Below are positions 9,501 through 19,062 of a stretch of 64,000 nucleotides of DNA, one piece after another. The DNA lies in contig JACKGF010000001.1 in NCBI GenBank assembly GCA_020632095.1, forward strand, positions 70,549 to 134,548, read 5' to 3'. Numbering within the stretch: position 1 is the first letter of the stretch; every line of letters begins with the position of its first letter. A program made the position numbers and the translations under genes. The notes under the pieces were generated by a model that was given only the letters and a program-made list of their open reading frames with translations, was not told the DNA's origin and made no database searches. This DNA comes from Candidatus Nomurabacteria bacterium (GTDB lineage Bacteria > Patescibacteriota > Minisyncoccia > Phycocordibacterales > UBA918).

Positions 9501-10691
9501 ATGTCAAGCCTAAATCCGAATAAATACGGATTAGACACACTACAAAAAATCTCCATGTCGCTGATGGGGGTTTTGGTACTGATAACTTTTATTGGAGCCA
9601 ATCTGCAGGCTGTTTTCTGGCAGTCATCCAATTGGTTGGTTTCTACCGTTTTACCCGCTGTGGTGGTTGATTTAACTAATCAAGAACGAGCCGATGTTTC
9701 TGCTCAACCATTGCAACGAAGTTCAGTCTTGGATGCTGCGGCAAAGATGAAGGCCGAAGATATGGCCAAAAATGAATATTTTGCTCACTTTAGTCCGACT
9801 GGAGTGTCTCCTTGGTACTGGTTTGATAAATCTGGCTATGTTTATGCTCACGCGGGAGAAAATTTAGCTATTCATTTTACTGATTCTTCAGAAGTGGTTG
9901 AAGCGTGGATGAATTCTCCGGCCCACCGTGAAAACATTGTTAATGGTAAGTTTACCGAAATCGGAGTTGGTACAGCTAAAGGAAAATTTGAAGGTTATGA
10001 TACGGTTTATGTGGTGCAGTTGTTTGGCACACCAGCGGTGGCTCCGGTTGCAAAAGCTACCAAGCCTCCAGTAGAAACAACGAAAGTTTCACCAGTGGTT
10101 GAGTCACCAACCTTGGCGGTAGCAGAAACTCCGGTTGAATCAGAGATAATCGTCTTTGATACACCAGCTGTGCAAGTAAGTAGTAACGAAGTCCCTGTCC
10201 CGGCCACAAAAAGTGAGCTGGCTGTAGAGCAAGTGGAAGTTAATAATGAAGTTGCGGTAGTTGAGTCAGTGTCCTTACCTGAAGTGGTAGTTGAGGAGGT
10301 GGCTGTACCGGTAACTGAAACTGCTTCCGAACCGGTTTTTGTGGAAAGTAACCAAGAACAGCCTATATCTGATCCTTCTGATGAAGTGATGGTGATTGAA
10401 TCACTAGCCATCACTACTTCCTCTGGATTGGCTGTAGCTAATACGGTTACCCCGAATAATGATTCAGGTAAGGCTGGCTTCGCTTCAGTCGCCACTCAAC
10501 CAAACCAGCTTCTACAGTCAATCTACATGATTCTTGGTTTCTTAGTGCTTATCATGCTCACTATCTCAATCGTGGTCGAAGCAAGACGTCTCCACTACAC
10601 ACAAGTGGCCTATGGTTTAGTTTTAATATTTGGTATGGGTGGACTGTGGTTTGTGAATTCACTGCTAACATCAGGGGCCGTTATCCTTTAA
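9501..10691 (+). CDS. CAP/SCP/PR-1-like domain protein with N-terminal TM, Val/Glu/Pro-rich linker and C-terminal TM
   Basis: CAP-domain hallmarks are present: LTNQERA..., AAKMKAEDMAKNEYFAHF, and NSPAHRENIVNGKFTEIGVG (the HxxNIL-type motif). Confidence 0.7.
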   Translation: MSSLNPNKYGLDTLQKISMSLMGVLVLITFIGANLQAVFWQSSNWLVSTVLPAVVVDLTNQERADVSAQPLQRSSVLDAAAKMKAEDMAKNEYFAHFSPTGVSPWYWFDKSGYVYAHAGENLAIHFTDSSEVVEAWMNSPAHRENIVNGKFTEIGVGTAKGKFEGYDTVYVVQLFGTPAVAPVAKATKPPVETTKVSPVVESPTLAVAETPVESEIIVFDTPAVQVSSNEVPVPATKSELAVEQVEVNNEVAVVESVSLPEVVVEEVAVPVTETASEPVFVESNQEQPISDPSDEVMVIESLAITTSSGLAVANTVTPNNDSGKAGFASVATQPNQLLQSIYMILGFLVLIMLTISIVVEARRLHYTQVAYGLVLIFGMGGLWFVNSLLTSGAVIL

Positions 10692-10696
10692 GTTTC

Positions 10697-10728
10697 AAAA
10701 ACCTTTCGGTTAACCGAAAGGTTTTTTA
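10697..10728 (+). terminator. rho-independent terminator
   Basis: Stem aaaaacctttcgg / ccgaaaggttttt with loop ttaa and a T-run. Confidence 0.6.
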
Positions 10729-10809
10729 GGTGTCGTGTGAAAAATTTTGTGTGGTTATACTTTAAATTATTGCTAGCGCTCTTTTGTCTGCAGCAGTATA
10801 CTATTTATA

Positions 10810-11253
10810 ATGAGTAAAACTTCTGAGACAAAAGTTTCTTCAGTGTCTCCGGCTGTAATCGGACCTGAAAATAAGCGAAATCTCTACGCCTCGCAACCGG
10901 CTGCCGGCTTCCCCGCTCCTGGCGATGATTTAGTAGAAAAAGCTTTAGACTTGAATGATTTATTGATTGATAACCCTACCGCTACTTTTTTTGTGCGGGT
11001 GTCTGGCGACTCGATGGAAGATGCCAAGATATTTGCTGGTGATATTTTAGTGATTGATCGGTCAGTTGAGCCAAAATCAGGCATGATTGTAGTAGCGGCT
11101 GTTTATGGTGAGCTAGTGGTGAAAATCCTGCAAAAAACCAACTCCGGATTAGCGCTAATCTCAGCCAGCGAAAACTACGAACCAATTTTAATCAATGATG
11201 AAGAAGGCTGCTTTATCTGGGGTGTGGTTGTAGGTAGTGCACGGGTTTTTTAA
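10810..11253 (+). CDS. umuD: UmuD-like S24 peptidase (LexA C-terminal-domain fold without a DNA-binding domain)
   Basis: Ser-Lys dyad context (FFVRVSGDSMED...GDILVIDRS...GELVVKIL) and a candidate Ala-Gly cleavage site (PAAGFP). The N-terminus has no wHTH, so this is not LexA. Confidence 0.75.
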   Translation: MSKTSETKVSSVSPAVIGPENKRNLYASQPAAGFPAPGDDLVEKALDLNDLLIDNPTATFFVRVSGDSMEDAKIFAGDILVIDRSVEPKSGMIVVAAVYGELVVKILQKTNSGLALISASENYEPILINDEEGCFIWGVVVGSARVF

Positions 11254-11399
11254 CCCCTCACCCCTCAAGCCCTCTCAACCAAAAAGTTAACAAATCTCCA
11301 TCCTTAAACCAATGTCCACACTGCGGATATTGGTTTTTCTTGTACCCACTATAAATATACGTACCAATAAATCCCCTTCCTGTTTGATACAATATTCTA

Positions 11400-14300
11400 A
11401 TGAGACGATCGACCGTCGGTTTTTGTGTAATGTTATTGGCTGTTTTTGGTGTCACGGCTGTTACGCTCCAACCAGATTTTGTCATTCAAGATTTTACCTT
11501 ACGTTCTTCACCTATTCCAGCTATCCTCTATCAACAACCTCTCCTGCAAGCCTCCAGCAACGTACCTACCCCAACCCCAGCTTCCAATCTGGTCTCGATT
11601 CAGTCTCAAGGAGTTACTCAAGCCGATCTCAACAATCGTATTACCGGTCTACTTCTACATATGCACTGGTTATTGAATGATAGAGGACAATCAGCTACTG
11701 TCTCTACCACTCGCACTAACTCTTCCGAATCAAAACGAATCGACCGTCTCGAACGCCAAATCTTCAGTTTCATGGACGAATCAGACGATGATCGCTCAGA
11801 CTTGTCTGACGATATCACTAACGGTGGCTCTTTCCTCAATCCAACTCTCACTACAGCTACTCTCAATGGCACCACCACCGCCGGAGCATTCATTGTGAAT
11901 GGTCGGCTCGGCGTCGGTACTTCTTCACCAGTCGAGCGACTATCAATCAACGGCGCTGTCTATCTAGCCGACACCACTCCCACCAACTCCGCCTCCCGTC
12001 TATACAACACCGCTGGTGGTCTCTATTGGAATGGTTCCTTAGTTGCTGGTGGAGCAGTTGGTAGCTGGACTGGTAGTGGTGGTAATGTTTATCGAGCGAG
12101 TGGGAATGTGGGGATTGGGACGAGTGCACCTGACAAGTTGTTGCATATAAAATCACAGTCCGGTGTTTATCGGTCCCAGATTAGTATAGATGATTCCGCT
12201 AATAATAGTGGATATGCGCGGATAGATTATAATACTGATGATTCAATAAGCTGGAATGCCGGTGTTTATTCAACAAATAGTAGTCCAGATAGAGGGTTTG
12301 CTGTTTCAAATAATTATTCTGGATGGAAGGATCTGCTTAGTGTGAGCCCAAATGGTAATGTTGGCATCGGCACCACCTCATCCCTTGCCAAACTCTCTGT
12401 TAAAGGCAGTGGAACCGGCACCGGCCGTGCTTTTAGTATTACTGATTCTACCAACGTAGAAAAGTTCACTGTGCTGGATAATGGGAAAGTTGTACTGAGT
12501 GGTCGGCAGACTATATACAACGCCGACGCAACTGGTTTTTTAAACTCACTGTACTTTGGTGACGGAGGAGGAAGTTTGTCTCATACATCAGGTAGTGAAG
12601 GGTACGACAATACAGCTGTAGGTATAGGTGCTCTTTATTTTAATACTATTGGTTCTAGTAATACTGCAAATGGCTTAAATAGTTTGTACAGTAACACTAC
12701 AGGCAGTAATAACTCTGCAAATGGCGTAAATAGTTTATTTTATAATACTACAGGCAACAACAATACGGCCAATGGATTCCGTACATTGGAAGCAAACACT
12801 ATCGGTTATAACAATACCGCCAATGGAGCGTATGCTCTTTTGCTTAATACGACCGGAAGCCAAAATACAGCGAACGGTATAACCTCTCTCTATTCTAATA
12901 CCACAGGTTCTAACAACGTGGCTAATGGTATGGAGTCTCTCTACTGGAATACCGTAGGTTACGACAACACTTCAAATGGCGCATATTCACTTTACTTCAA
13001 CATCACTGGTTATTCCAATACCGCAAATGGAAAGCATGCACTTTACTCTAACACTTCTGGATATTACAACACAGCAAACGGAGTTAATGCCGGTCGTTAT
13101 CTTGCAGACGGCACAACAGCCAACCAAACTTCAAGCAACTCCGTGTTTGAGGGTTATGACACCAGAGCTTTAACTGCTAGTGGAACAAATGAAATCGTCA
13201 TTGGAGCCAGCGCCATTGGAAACGGAAGTAACAGCGCCACTCTGGGTAACGATTCTATAACAAAGACGATATTGAAAGGGAGTGTAGGCATCGGCACCAC
13301 TTCACCCCTCGCCAAGCTCTCTGTTACAGGCAGTGGTACCGGCACCGGCCGCGCTTTTAGTATCACTGATTCTGCTAATGCAGAAAAGTTCACTGTACTG
13401 GATAATGGGAATTTAGGGATTGGGACGTCAGTGCCAGAAGGTAAACTCACAGTGAACGGTTCTACAAGTGATACTCCTGGGTCAAATTCACTCTTAACTC
13501 TGTACGCAGGTACTGGGAAATGGGTACAGCGAATTGATTCATCTGGTAACTTAAATTTTGATTCCAACAACGGTGCTAGTATGTACTCCTGGGTGACGAT
13601 AAATAGAGTTGGCAACGTCGGCATCGGCACCACTTCACCCCTCGCCAAACTCTCTGTTAAAGGCAGTGGTACCGGCACCGGCCGCGCTTTTAGTATTACT
13701 GATTCTACCAACGTAGAAAAGTTCACTGTACTGGATAATGGGAATGTGGGGATTGGTACTTCAATTCCTACTGTTCCTTTAGAAGTAATAGCAAAAAGTC
13801 TTAATAAAGGATTGAGAATAACTCGTGACTCCACCAATAACAGTACATTGGAATTTGCAGAAATCGGTGGCATACAGGCGCGTATTTATGGTATCGGTGC
13901 ATCGTCTGCAGGACAGATGGCTTTCCTTACTGGGTCTGGGGGTGGATCTGAGGCAATGAGAATTACTGATACAGGCAATGTTGGTATAGGTACTTCAAGT
14001 CCTAAGACTGCCCTACAAGTCGGAGTGTCAACAGATAATTACGGAGTTTCAGCCTTCACTAAATTGTATACTTCGGGAGGCGGGATACGTGTCGGTTCAG
14101 CGTCTGGGAGCGATTATGGTTATAGAATCGTGAGGGATCCAGGAAGTATATTTGCTCCGGAGTTAAACGGGGATCTTGTATTCATCGGTGATCAAGCGAA
14201 TTCTTTTGGTAATTATGCGTTTTTAAACCAATCAGGCAGTGTTCTCTTAAGAATCCTTGGTGGTGGCAACGTCGGCATCGGCACCACCTCACCCCTTGCT

Positions 14301-16604
14301 AAGCTCTCTGTTAAAGGCAGTGGTACTGGCGCTGGCCGTGCTTTTAGTATCACCGATTCTGCTAATGTTGAAAAATTCACTGTGTTGGATAATGGGAATG
14401 TTGGGATTGGGGCTTCCGTCCCTGGAGCAAAACTAGATATTATTGATGAGTCTCAGCAAGGGTTGCTAACGGCGTTGCGACTAGGAGGTCAAGTTGCCGA
14501 TGATGGGGGTCGTTCTATTGATTTTAGTACGGCAAGTGCACTGAATACTTTTCTTACTGGCGCTCGAATTTCTGGGGTAAGGCACGGCGGTGCTTGGGGG
14601 TCACTCAGATTTTCTACACTAGGAGCTGACGGTCTCCAAGAGCGAGTCCGGTTTAGTCCAGATGGTAGTGTTGGTATTAGTACGACAACTCCGAATGCAA
14701 GACTTTCGATTGTGGGGTCTGGTGCTTCGGTTGTTACCAAGGCACTTCTTGTTTCGGATTCGAATAATGTGCCTTATGTTGTTGCGCATGATGAAGGGGG
14801 AGTTACTATTGGAAAACAAATGATTGTCACTTCCTTGTATACACTTGATGTTGGTGGTTCAGGCGATCAGTTTATTCGGTTAAAATCAATGGATAATGCT
14901 GGAAACGCTGGTGTTAATTTTAGTGGCGCAGGAGACAGGGGTTCCATTTATGGAACATTCGACTACAATATTAAAATAGAACCTAATGCACAGTATGGTT
15001 ATGCAGATGTGATTATAAATCCCAAAAATGGAAGCGCTACTCGGCTTGGTATACTCGATTCAACCCCTGACTTCGGTATTGAATCAGCCGCCACTTCCTC
15101 AAAAGGGTATTTCGGTATTTCGTCTACAGCCGGTGCTGATGGCGATATTTTCATGATTGATCCGAGTGGGAATATGGGAGTTGGGACGACTAGTCCAGGG
15201 GCGAAGTTGGATGTTGCAGGTAATGTATTGTTAGGACGAGGTGGCTTAATAGATACTCAACGCACTCTTTCAATAACTGGGGCAAAGCAAAGCTCTGGTG
15301 CAGACTACGCTCGTGTCGACTTTAAGAACTACGATCAAAATGGATCGTTAGGTGAATATGTTGGTGCCAGAATTAGTTCAGAAAATGCTGCTGGAGCAGA
15401 ATACGGCGACTTACGCTTTTGGACCCGCTCATCAACAATGCGAACCAATCCAGATATGATACTAAATAGTGCAGGAAACGTCGGCATCGGCACCACTTCA
15501 CCACTTGCCAAACTCTCTATTGCTGGTAATGGAACCGGCACCGGCCGCGCTTTTAGTATTACTGATTCTACCAACGTAGAAAAGTTCACTGTACTGGATA
15601 ATGGGAATGTGGGGATTGGGACAACGACGCCGGGGGCTAAGTTGGCAATTAGTGGCGGTAATATTAGGCTTGATAGTGATAGGAAACTTGAGTGGAATTA
15701 TGGATGGGAATATCTTTATGCAAATACATCTTCGGGAAACATCACTGCTTCTGTGAGAACAGGTTTAATTGTTAATGCGGACAACAACGATAACGACCTT
15801 CCTACGCATGTTGAATTTTCGGTACGATCAGGAAGTGCATTATCGGAGTTGTTTAGAATACAAAAGAACGGTAACGTCGGCATCGGGACCACCTCCCCCA
15901 ACAGCGCCCTCGACGTCATTGGTACTATTCAAGCTTCAAACCTACTCGGTGGGGCGGTCAATCTCACCACTGACGCCAACGGAAACATTATACGCGACCC
16001 ATCTGACGCTCGATTGAAGGAAAACATTCAAGAAATCTCTAATCCTCTCGATAAACTACTTAGTCTTCATGGTGTCTCGTATCAATGGAAAGACAAAGAG
16101 CGCTTTGGTGAACAGACAGAAATCGGATTTATTGCTCAAGAAGTTGACTCAATCCTACCTGAAGTAGTGCGCAAAGGCGGTGAATACTTCTCCCTCAACA
16201 CCCGCAACATTTTAGCGGTGGTAATAGAAGGCTTTAAGGAATTGTACGCCAAAGTAATGAGAAATTCCGATAAGATTGATTTGCTTGAACAGCAAAATGC
16301 ATCTTTAGAGCAAAATAATGTCGAACTAGAAACCCGACTCGAAGCCCTGGAAGCTCAGCTAAATGTTACTCCACCGGCACCGGTAGTGGTAGAAGATGAA
16401 GATGAACCGGAACAAGAAGAAACGAATCAGGATGAAGGGTCTGATAGTGCGAACCAAGAGGAAACAGAAGTTGCTGAAGAAGATGGTCTCGAGCCGATAG
16501 AAATAGTTCAAGATGAAGTGGAAGAAGAAACGCCCGCACTTACTACAGAGGAGCCTGAGGCGGATGAAGCTGAAGTTGTGCCAGAGACTGAAATTTCTGA
16601 ATAG
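11400..16604 (+). CDS. 1734-aa phage tail-fibre-like repeat protein with a C-terminal peptidase-S74 intramolecular chaperone domain, then a coiled coil and an acidic tail
   Basis: The repeated motif NVGIGTTSPLAKLSVKGSGTGTGRAFSITDSTNVEKFTVLDNGNVGIGT occurs at least 6 times. The C-terminal signature DARLKENIQEISNPLDKLLSLHGVSYQWKD...EIGFIAQEVDSILPEVV matches PF13884 / peptidase S74. Confidence 0.75.
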   Translation: MRRSTVGFCVMLLAVFGVTAVTLQPDFVIQDFTLRSSPIPAILYQQPLLQASSNVPTPTPASNLVSIQSQGVTQADLNNRITGLLLHMHWLLNDRGQSATVSTTRTNSSESKRIDRLERQIFSFMDESDDDRSDLSDDITNGGSFLNPTLTTATLNGTTTAGAFIVNGRLGVGTSSPVERLSINGAVYLADTTPTNSASRLYNTAGGLYWNGSLVAGGAVGSWTGSGGNVYRASGNVGIGTSAPDKLLHIKSQSGVYRSQISIDDSANNSGYARIDYNTDDSISWNAGVYSTNSSPDRGFAVSNNYSGWKDLLSVSPNGNVGIGTTSSLAKLSVKGSGTGTGRAFSITDSTNVEKFTVLDNGKVVLSGRQTIYNADATGFLNSLYFGDGGGSLSHTSGSEGYDNTAVGIGALYFNTIGSSNTANGLNSLYSNTTGSNNSANGVNSLFYNTTGNNNTANGFRTLEANTIGYNNTANGAYALLLNTTGSQNTANGITSLYSNTTGSNNVANGMESLYWNTVGYDNTSNGAYSLYFNITGYSNTANGKHALYSNTSGYYNTANGVNAGRYLADGTTANQTSSNSVFEGYDTRALTASGTNEIVIGASAIGNGSNSATLGNDSITKTILKGSVGIGTTSPLAKLSVTGSGTGTGRAFSITDSANAEKFTVLDNGNLGIGTSVPEGKLTVNGSTSDTPGSNSLLTLYAGTGKWVQRIDSSGNLNFDSNNGASMYSWVTINRVGNVGIGTTSPLAKLSVKGSGTGTGRAFSITDSTNVEKFTVLDNGNVGIGTSIPTVPLEVIAKSLNKGLRITRDSTNNSTLEFAEIGGIQARIYGIGASSAGQMAFLTGSGGGSEAMRITDTGNVGIGTSSPKTALQVGVSTDNYGVSAFTKLYTSGGGIRVGSASGSDYGYRIVRDPGSIFAPELNGDLVFIGDQANSFGNYAFLNQSGSVLLRILGGGNVGIGTTSPLAKLSVKGSGTGAGRAFSITDSANVEKFTVLDNGNVGIGASVPGAKLDIIDESQQGLLTALRLGGQVADDGGRSIDFSTASALNTFLTGARISGVRHGGAWGSLRFSTLGADGLQERVRFSPDGSVGISTTTPNARLSIVGSGASVVTKALLVSDSNNVPYVVAHDEGGVTIGKQMIVTSLYTLDVGGSGDQFIRLKSMDNAGNAGVNFSGAGDRGSIYGTFDYNIKIEPNAQYGYADVIINPKNGSATRLGILDSTPDFGIESAATSSKGYFGISSTAGADGDIFMIDPSGNMGVGTTSPGAKLDVAGNVLLGRGGLIDTQRTLSITGAKQSSGADYARVDFKNYDQNGSLGEYVGARISSENAAGAEYGDLRFWTRSSTMRTNPDMILNSAGNVGIGTTSPLAKLSIAGNGTGTGRAFSITDSTNVEKFTVLDNGNVGIGTTTPGAKLAISGGNIRLDSDRKLEWNYGWEYLYANTSSGNITASVRTGLIVNADNNDNDLPTHVEFSVRSGSALSELFRIQKNGNVGIGTTSPNSALDVIGTIQASNLLGGAVNLTTDANGNIIRDPSDARLKENIQEISNPLDKLLSLHGVSYQWKDKERFGEQTEIGFIAQEVDSILPEVVRKGGEYFSLNTRNILAVVIEGFKELYAKVMRNSDKIDLLEQQNASLEQNNVELETRLEALEAQLNVTPPAPVVVEDEDEPEQEETNQDEGSDSANQEETEVAEEDGLEPIEIVQDEVEEETPALTTEEPEADEAEVVPETEISE
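12357..12485 (+). repeat. intragenic near-identical ~130-bp direct repeat, copy 1
   Basis: The sequence aatgttggcatcggcaccacctcatcccttgccaaactctctgttaaaggcagtgg...ctggataatggg is shared at over 90% nucleotide identity with copies 2-5. Confidence 0.8.
13284..13409 (+). repeat. intragenic ~130-bp repeat, copy 2
   Basis: Near-identical to copy 1. GC content is higher than the surrounding gene body. Confidence 0.8.
13614..13755 (+). repeat. intragenic ~130-bp repeat, copy 3
   Basis: Near-identical to copy 1. Confidence 0.8.
14268..14410 (+). repeat. intragenic ~130-bp repeat, copy 4
   Basis: Near-identical to copy 1. Confidence 0.8.
15477..15620 (+). repeat. intragenic ~130-bp repeat, copy 5. 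A partial sixth copy lies at about 15876-15905.
   Basis: Near-identical to copy 1. Confidence 0.8.
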
Positions 16605-16630
16605 GAAATACTATATATCAAGCAAACGAG

Positions 16631-16665
16631 AAAACGGCCAGCCCCTAAGGGTTGGCCGTTTTTCT
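16631..16665. terminator. bidirectional terminator between convergent genes
   Basis: Stem aaaacggccagccc / gggttggccgtttt (one G-U pair) with loop ctaa, flanked by an A-run and a T-run. Confidence 0.55.
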
Positions 16666-16669
16666 TAAA

Positions 16670-16957
16670 TCACATCTGATTGGGCCAACGTAGTGAGGTA
16701 TGCAAGATACGAATTATGTAAATTTCATCTTCACTTACCTTGTAGGCAATAATATAAGGAGTATTAGAAAGTACCAGTTCTCGAGTATTCTTTACGGGAC
16801 CGATGCGACCTGAAAGTGGAGCGTTTAAGAGTTGAGTATGTATCGCATTGTAAATACGGGTTACCACTTTTATTGCAGCCACTTTATTGTCACGTTCTAT
16901 GTATGAATGAATTATTTCTAAGTCGTGTTTAGCCGGTTTAGTCCAATGTATTTCCAT
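16670..16957 (-). CDS. RelE/ParE-family type II toxin
   Basis: A 95-aa basic protein with the RelE/ParE-like pattern (IEIHWTKPAKHDLEIIHSYI...YRIIY-like tail). It sits 3 nt downstream of an RHH antitoxin gene. Confidence 0.7.
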   Translation of the reverse strand: MEIHWTKPAKHDLEIIHSYIERDNKVAAIKVVTRIYNAIHTQLLNAPLSGRIGPVKNTRELVLSNTPYIIAYKVSEDEIYIIRILHTSLRWPNQM

Positions 16958-16960
16958 AGG

Positions 16961-17209
16961 TTATTTGAGAGACTTTATCCAAGCGGCCACCTCATCGTCA
17001 CTCACAAGTTCTCCACGATCAGCTGCAGCGACACCACGTTCGATTTCTCCAGATAGCCAATCTTGATGAGAAACGTACTGCTCTAGTGCTTCTGCTACCA
17101 AAGAAGAGCGACTACGATTAGTCGCTTTAGCTAGTCGTGCTAGTCGAGTACGAGTCTCGGCGTCAGTCCGCACGGAGATAATCGCATCATTTTTAGTTTT
17201 TGTACTCAT
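16961..17209 (-). CDS. RHH (CopG/ParD-like) antitoxin. The ORF extends to 17239; the likely start is MSTKTK at 17209.
   Basis: Ribbon-helix-helix region (ISVRTDAETRTRLARLAKATNRSRSSLVAEALEQYV), paired with the toxin directly downstream. Confidence 0.6.
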   Translation of the reverse strand: MSTKTKNDAIISVRTDAETRTRLARLAKATNRSRSSLVAEALEQYVSHQDWLSGEIERGVAAADRGELVSDDEVAAWIKSLK

Positions 17210-17375
17210 ATGTATACATATTACTACAAATAATATCATTATTCAATAATTAGAAATTAGATCGTGGACGAAGCATAGTTTTCAACAAAATTAAGTGTTA
17301 AAAAGGTGGTATCTCCAAAGCCGCCTTTTTAATACACCTCTTGCGCCCCCCCTACACTTGCTAGAATATACACAT

Positions 17376-18938
17376 ATGATTCGAACTTTCTTCAAAGGAC
17401 TCGGGCTGTGTCTACTACTCGGTTTCTTCACCACCACCCACGCCGCTGTCACTCCAGACGCACCTACCAACTTCATCACTACTTGGAACACAGAAAACTC
17501 CGGCACCAGCGCCAACAACCAAATCACCATCCCCGGCACTGGTGCCGGATACAACTACGAAATTTACTGGGAAAACCTCGCCAGTTCCACCATGAATGGT
17601 ACTACCAGTGTTATTACCACCAGTTCACACACTTTAACTTTCCCTGAGCCTGGTATTTATGAGGTGCAGGCGAGTGGGACTTTCCCTCAAATATACTTCA
17701 ATAACGTTGGCGACAAAGATAAGATTCTAACAGTGGAGCAGTGGGGGGATATTGCTTGGGTGAGTATGCGCTTTGCATTTAGGGGTTGTAGCAATTTACG
17801 TGTGCTGGCTACCGATGCTCCTGATTTGAGTGGGGTGACTGATATGGCATATATGTTCAATCTCGCTGCTTCTTTTAATGAACCAATCAATCACTGGAAT
17901 GTATCAAATATTACTGATATGCAAGGTGTATTTCATAGGGCGTACAAGTTTAACCAACCACTTGATAATTGGGATGTGTCTAGTGCTGTAGATATGCATT
18001 CTTTGTTTGCTTATTCTGCATTTAACCAGAATATAAATAATTGGGATATCTCAAAAGTAAAGGTTATTTCATCAATGTTTTTGTTTAATGCGCAATTTAA
18101 CCAACCATTAAACAATTGGAACACTGCCAGTGTTACTAGTATGCGAGCCACATTTCTCGGCGCTCCGTTCGATCAAGATTTGTCTTCCTGGGATATGGCT
18201 AGTATTGCAACTAGTTCTGCTGGTAACGGAGCTTTTAATGGTTTGGAGTTAATGTTCCTAAACTCTGCTCTCTCCACCCAAAACCTCGACTCCACCCTCA
18301 CATCCTGGGCCGCCCAATCCCTTCAATCAGACGTCCCTTTCCACCTCGGCCTAAAAACATACTCCGCCACCGGCGCCGCCGCCCTAGCCACCCTCCGCAA
18401 CACATACAACTGGGATATAACCGAACAATACCAAGCAGAGTACCGCTCGTCATCAGACGCTATCTTAGAAGGTACAAGTATCCAGTCACCCTTAGACCTA
18501 AATTCCACTACCACAGCCGTCACTATCGTTCCTAAAAAACATTGTACCTTCATACAATGGAGTGACGGTAACACCGATAACCCTAGAACAGACGTCATGA
18601 CTGACAACATTAGTGTAGTCGCTGAACTCTCCTGTTCTGCCAGTCAAAGTACCAGCGCCCGTACCCAAGCTATCAAGTCAATCCAGTTCGGTAATCCTGC
18701 CCAAGCTGAAGATATTCTAAATAAACACAATATCACCCTTGATACTGTTACCAGCACCCCAAAGACAACCTTCACTCCACCCGAAACCCTAGCCGAATCA
18801 CTGGCTTTAGTGAAAGACATTCCAAAGCATTTACCAAACCTTGACCCAGTCAAAGACAAGGAGGTGATAGAGAAGCTAATCAGTATCTTTGAGGAGTTGG
18901 TGGAGTTGTTGCGGAAGTTGGAAGTGCTTAAGGGGTAG
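17376..18938 (+). CDS. DUF285 (Mycoplasma-type FNQ/WDVS repeat) secreted surface protein. The ORF track starts at GTG 17295; the first ATG is at 17376.
   Basis: Signal peptide MIRTFFKGLGLCLLLGFFTTTHA. At least six tandem repeats of the DUF285 type (FNEPINHWNVSNITDMQGVF / FNQPLDNWDVSSAVDMHSLF / FNQNINNWDISKV...). Confidence 0.65.
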   Translation: MIRTFFKGLGLCLLLGFFTTTHAAVTPDAPTNFITTWNTENSGTSANNQITIPGTGAGYNYEIYWENLASSTMNGTTSVITTSSHTLTFPEPGIYEVQASGTFPQIYFNNVGDKDKILTVEQWGDIAWVSMRFAFRGCSNLRVLATDAPDLSGVTDMAYMFNLAASFNEPINHWNVSNITDMQGVFHRAYKFNQPLDNWDVSSAVDMHSLFAYSAFNQNINNWDISKVKVISSMFLFNAQFNQPLNNWNTASVTSMRATFLGAPFDQDLSSWDMASIATSSAGNGAFNGLELMFLNSALSTQNLDSTLTSWAAQSLQSDVPFHLGLKTYSATGAAALATLRNTYNWDITEQYQAEYRSSSDAILEGTSIQSPLDLNSTTTAVTIVPKKHCTFIQWSDGNTDNPRTDVMTDNISVVAELSCSASQSTSARTQAIKSIQFGNPAQAEDILNKHNITLDTVTSTPKTTFTPPETLAESLALVKDIPKHLPNLDPVKDKEVIEKLISIFEELVELLRKLEVLKG

Positions 18939-19062
18939 ATAAATAGCTTTTCCAGTTATTGAATAGAAGGATAGGTAAACAGCTCTCATAGGGTTGTTTT
19001 TTATTGGCTTACTCTGCAGATGAGGTGCGTAAGAAACAAGTATCTTGTGCGTCATAGTCAGT

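Noticed and set aside
10007-10495. 162-aa antisense ORF within the CAP-domain gene
   Set aside because: It lies opposite the low-complexity Val/Glu/Thr-rich linker and has no start context or family. It is a reverse-strand artefact.
10810-11253. LexA call for the S24-peptidase gene
   Set aside because: The protein has only a ~55-aa N-terminal extension with no winged-HTH before the Ser/Lys protease domain. A UmuD-like call fits better, and a UmuC-like gene is also nearby.
13154-13873. 239-aa antisense ORF (plus 12314..12520, 15335..15589 and 14489..14740) inside the tail-fibre gene
   Set aside because: These are reverse-strand readings of the ~130-bp repeats; the same PVPVPLPLTESLARGEVVPMPTLP string recurs in each. 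The sense-strand 1734-aa ORF with recognisable domains explains the region.
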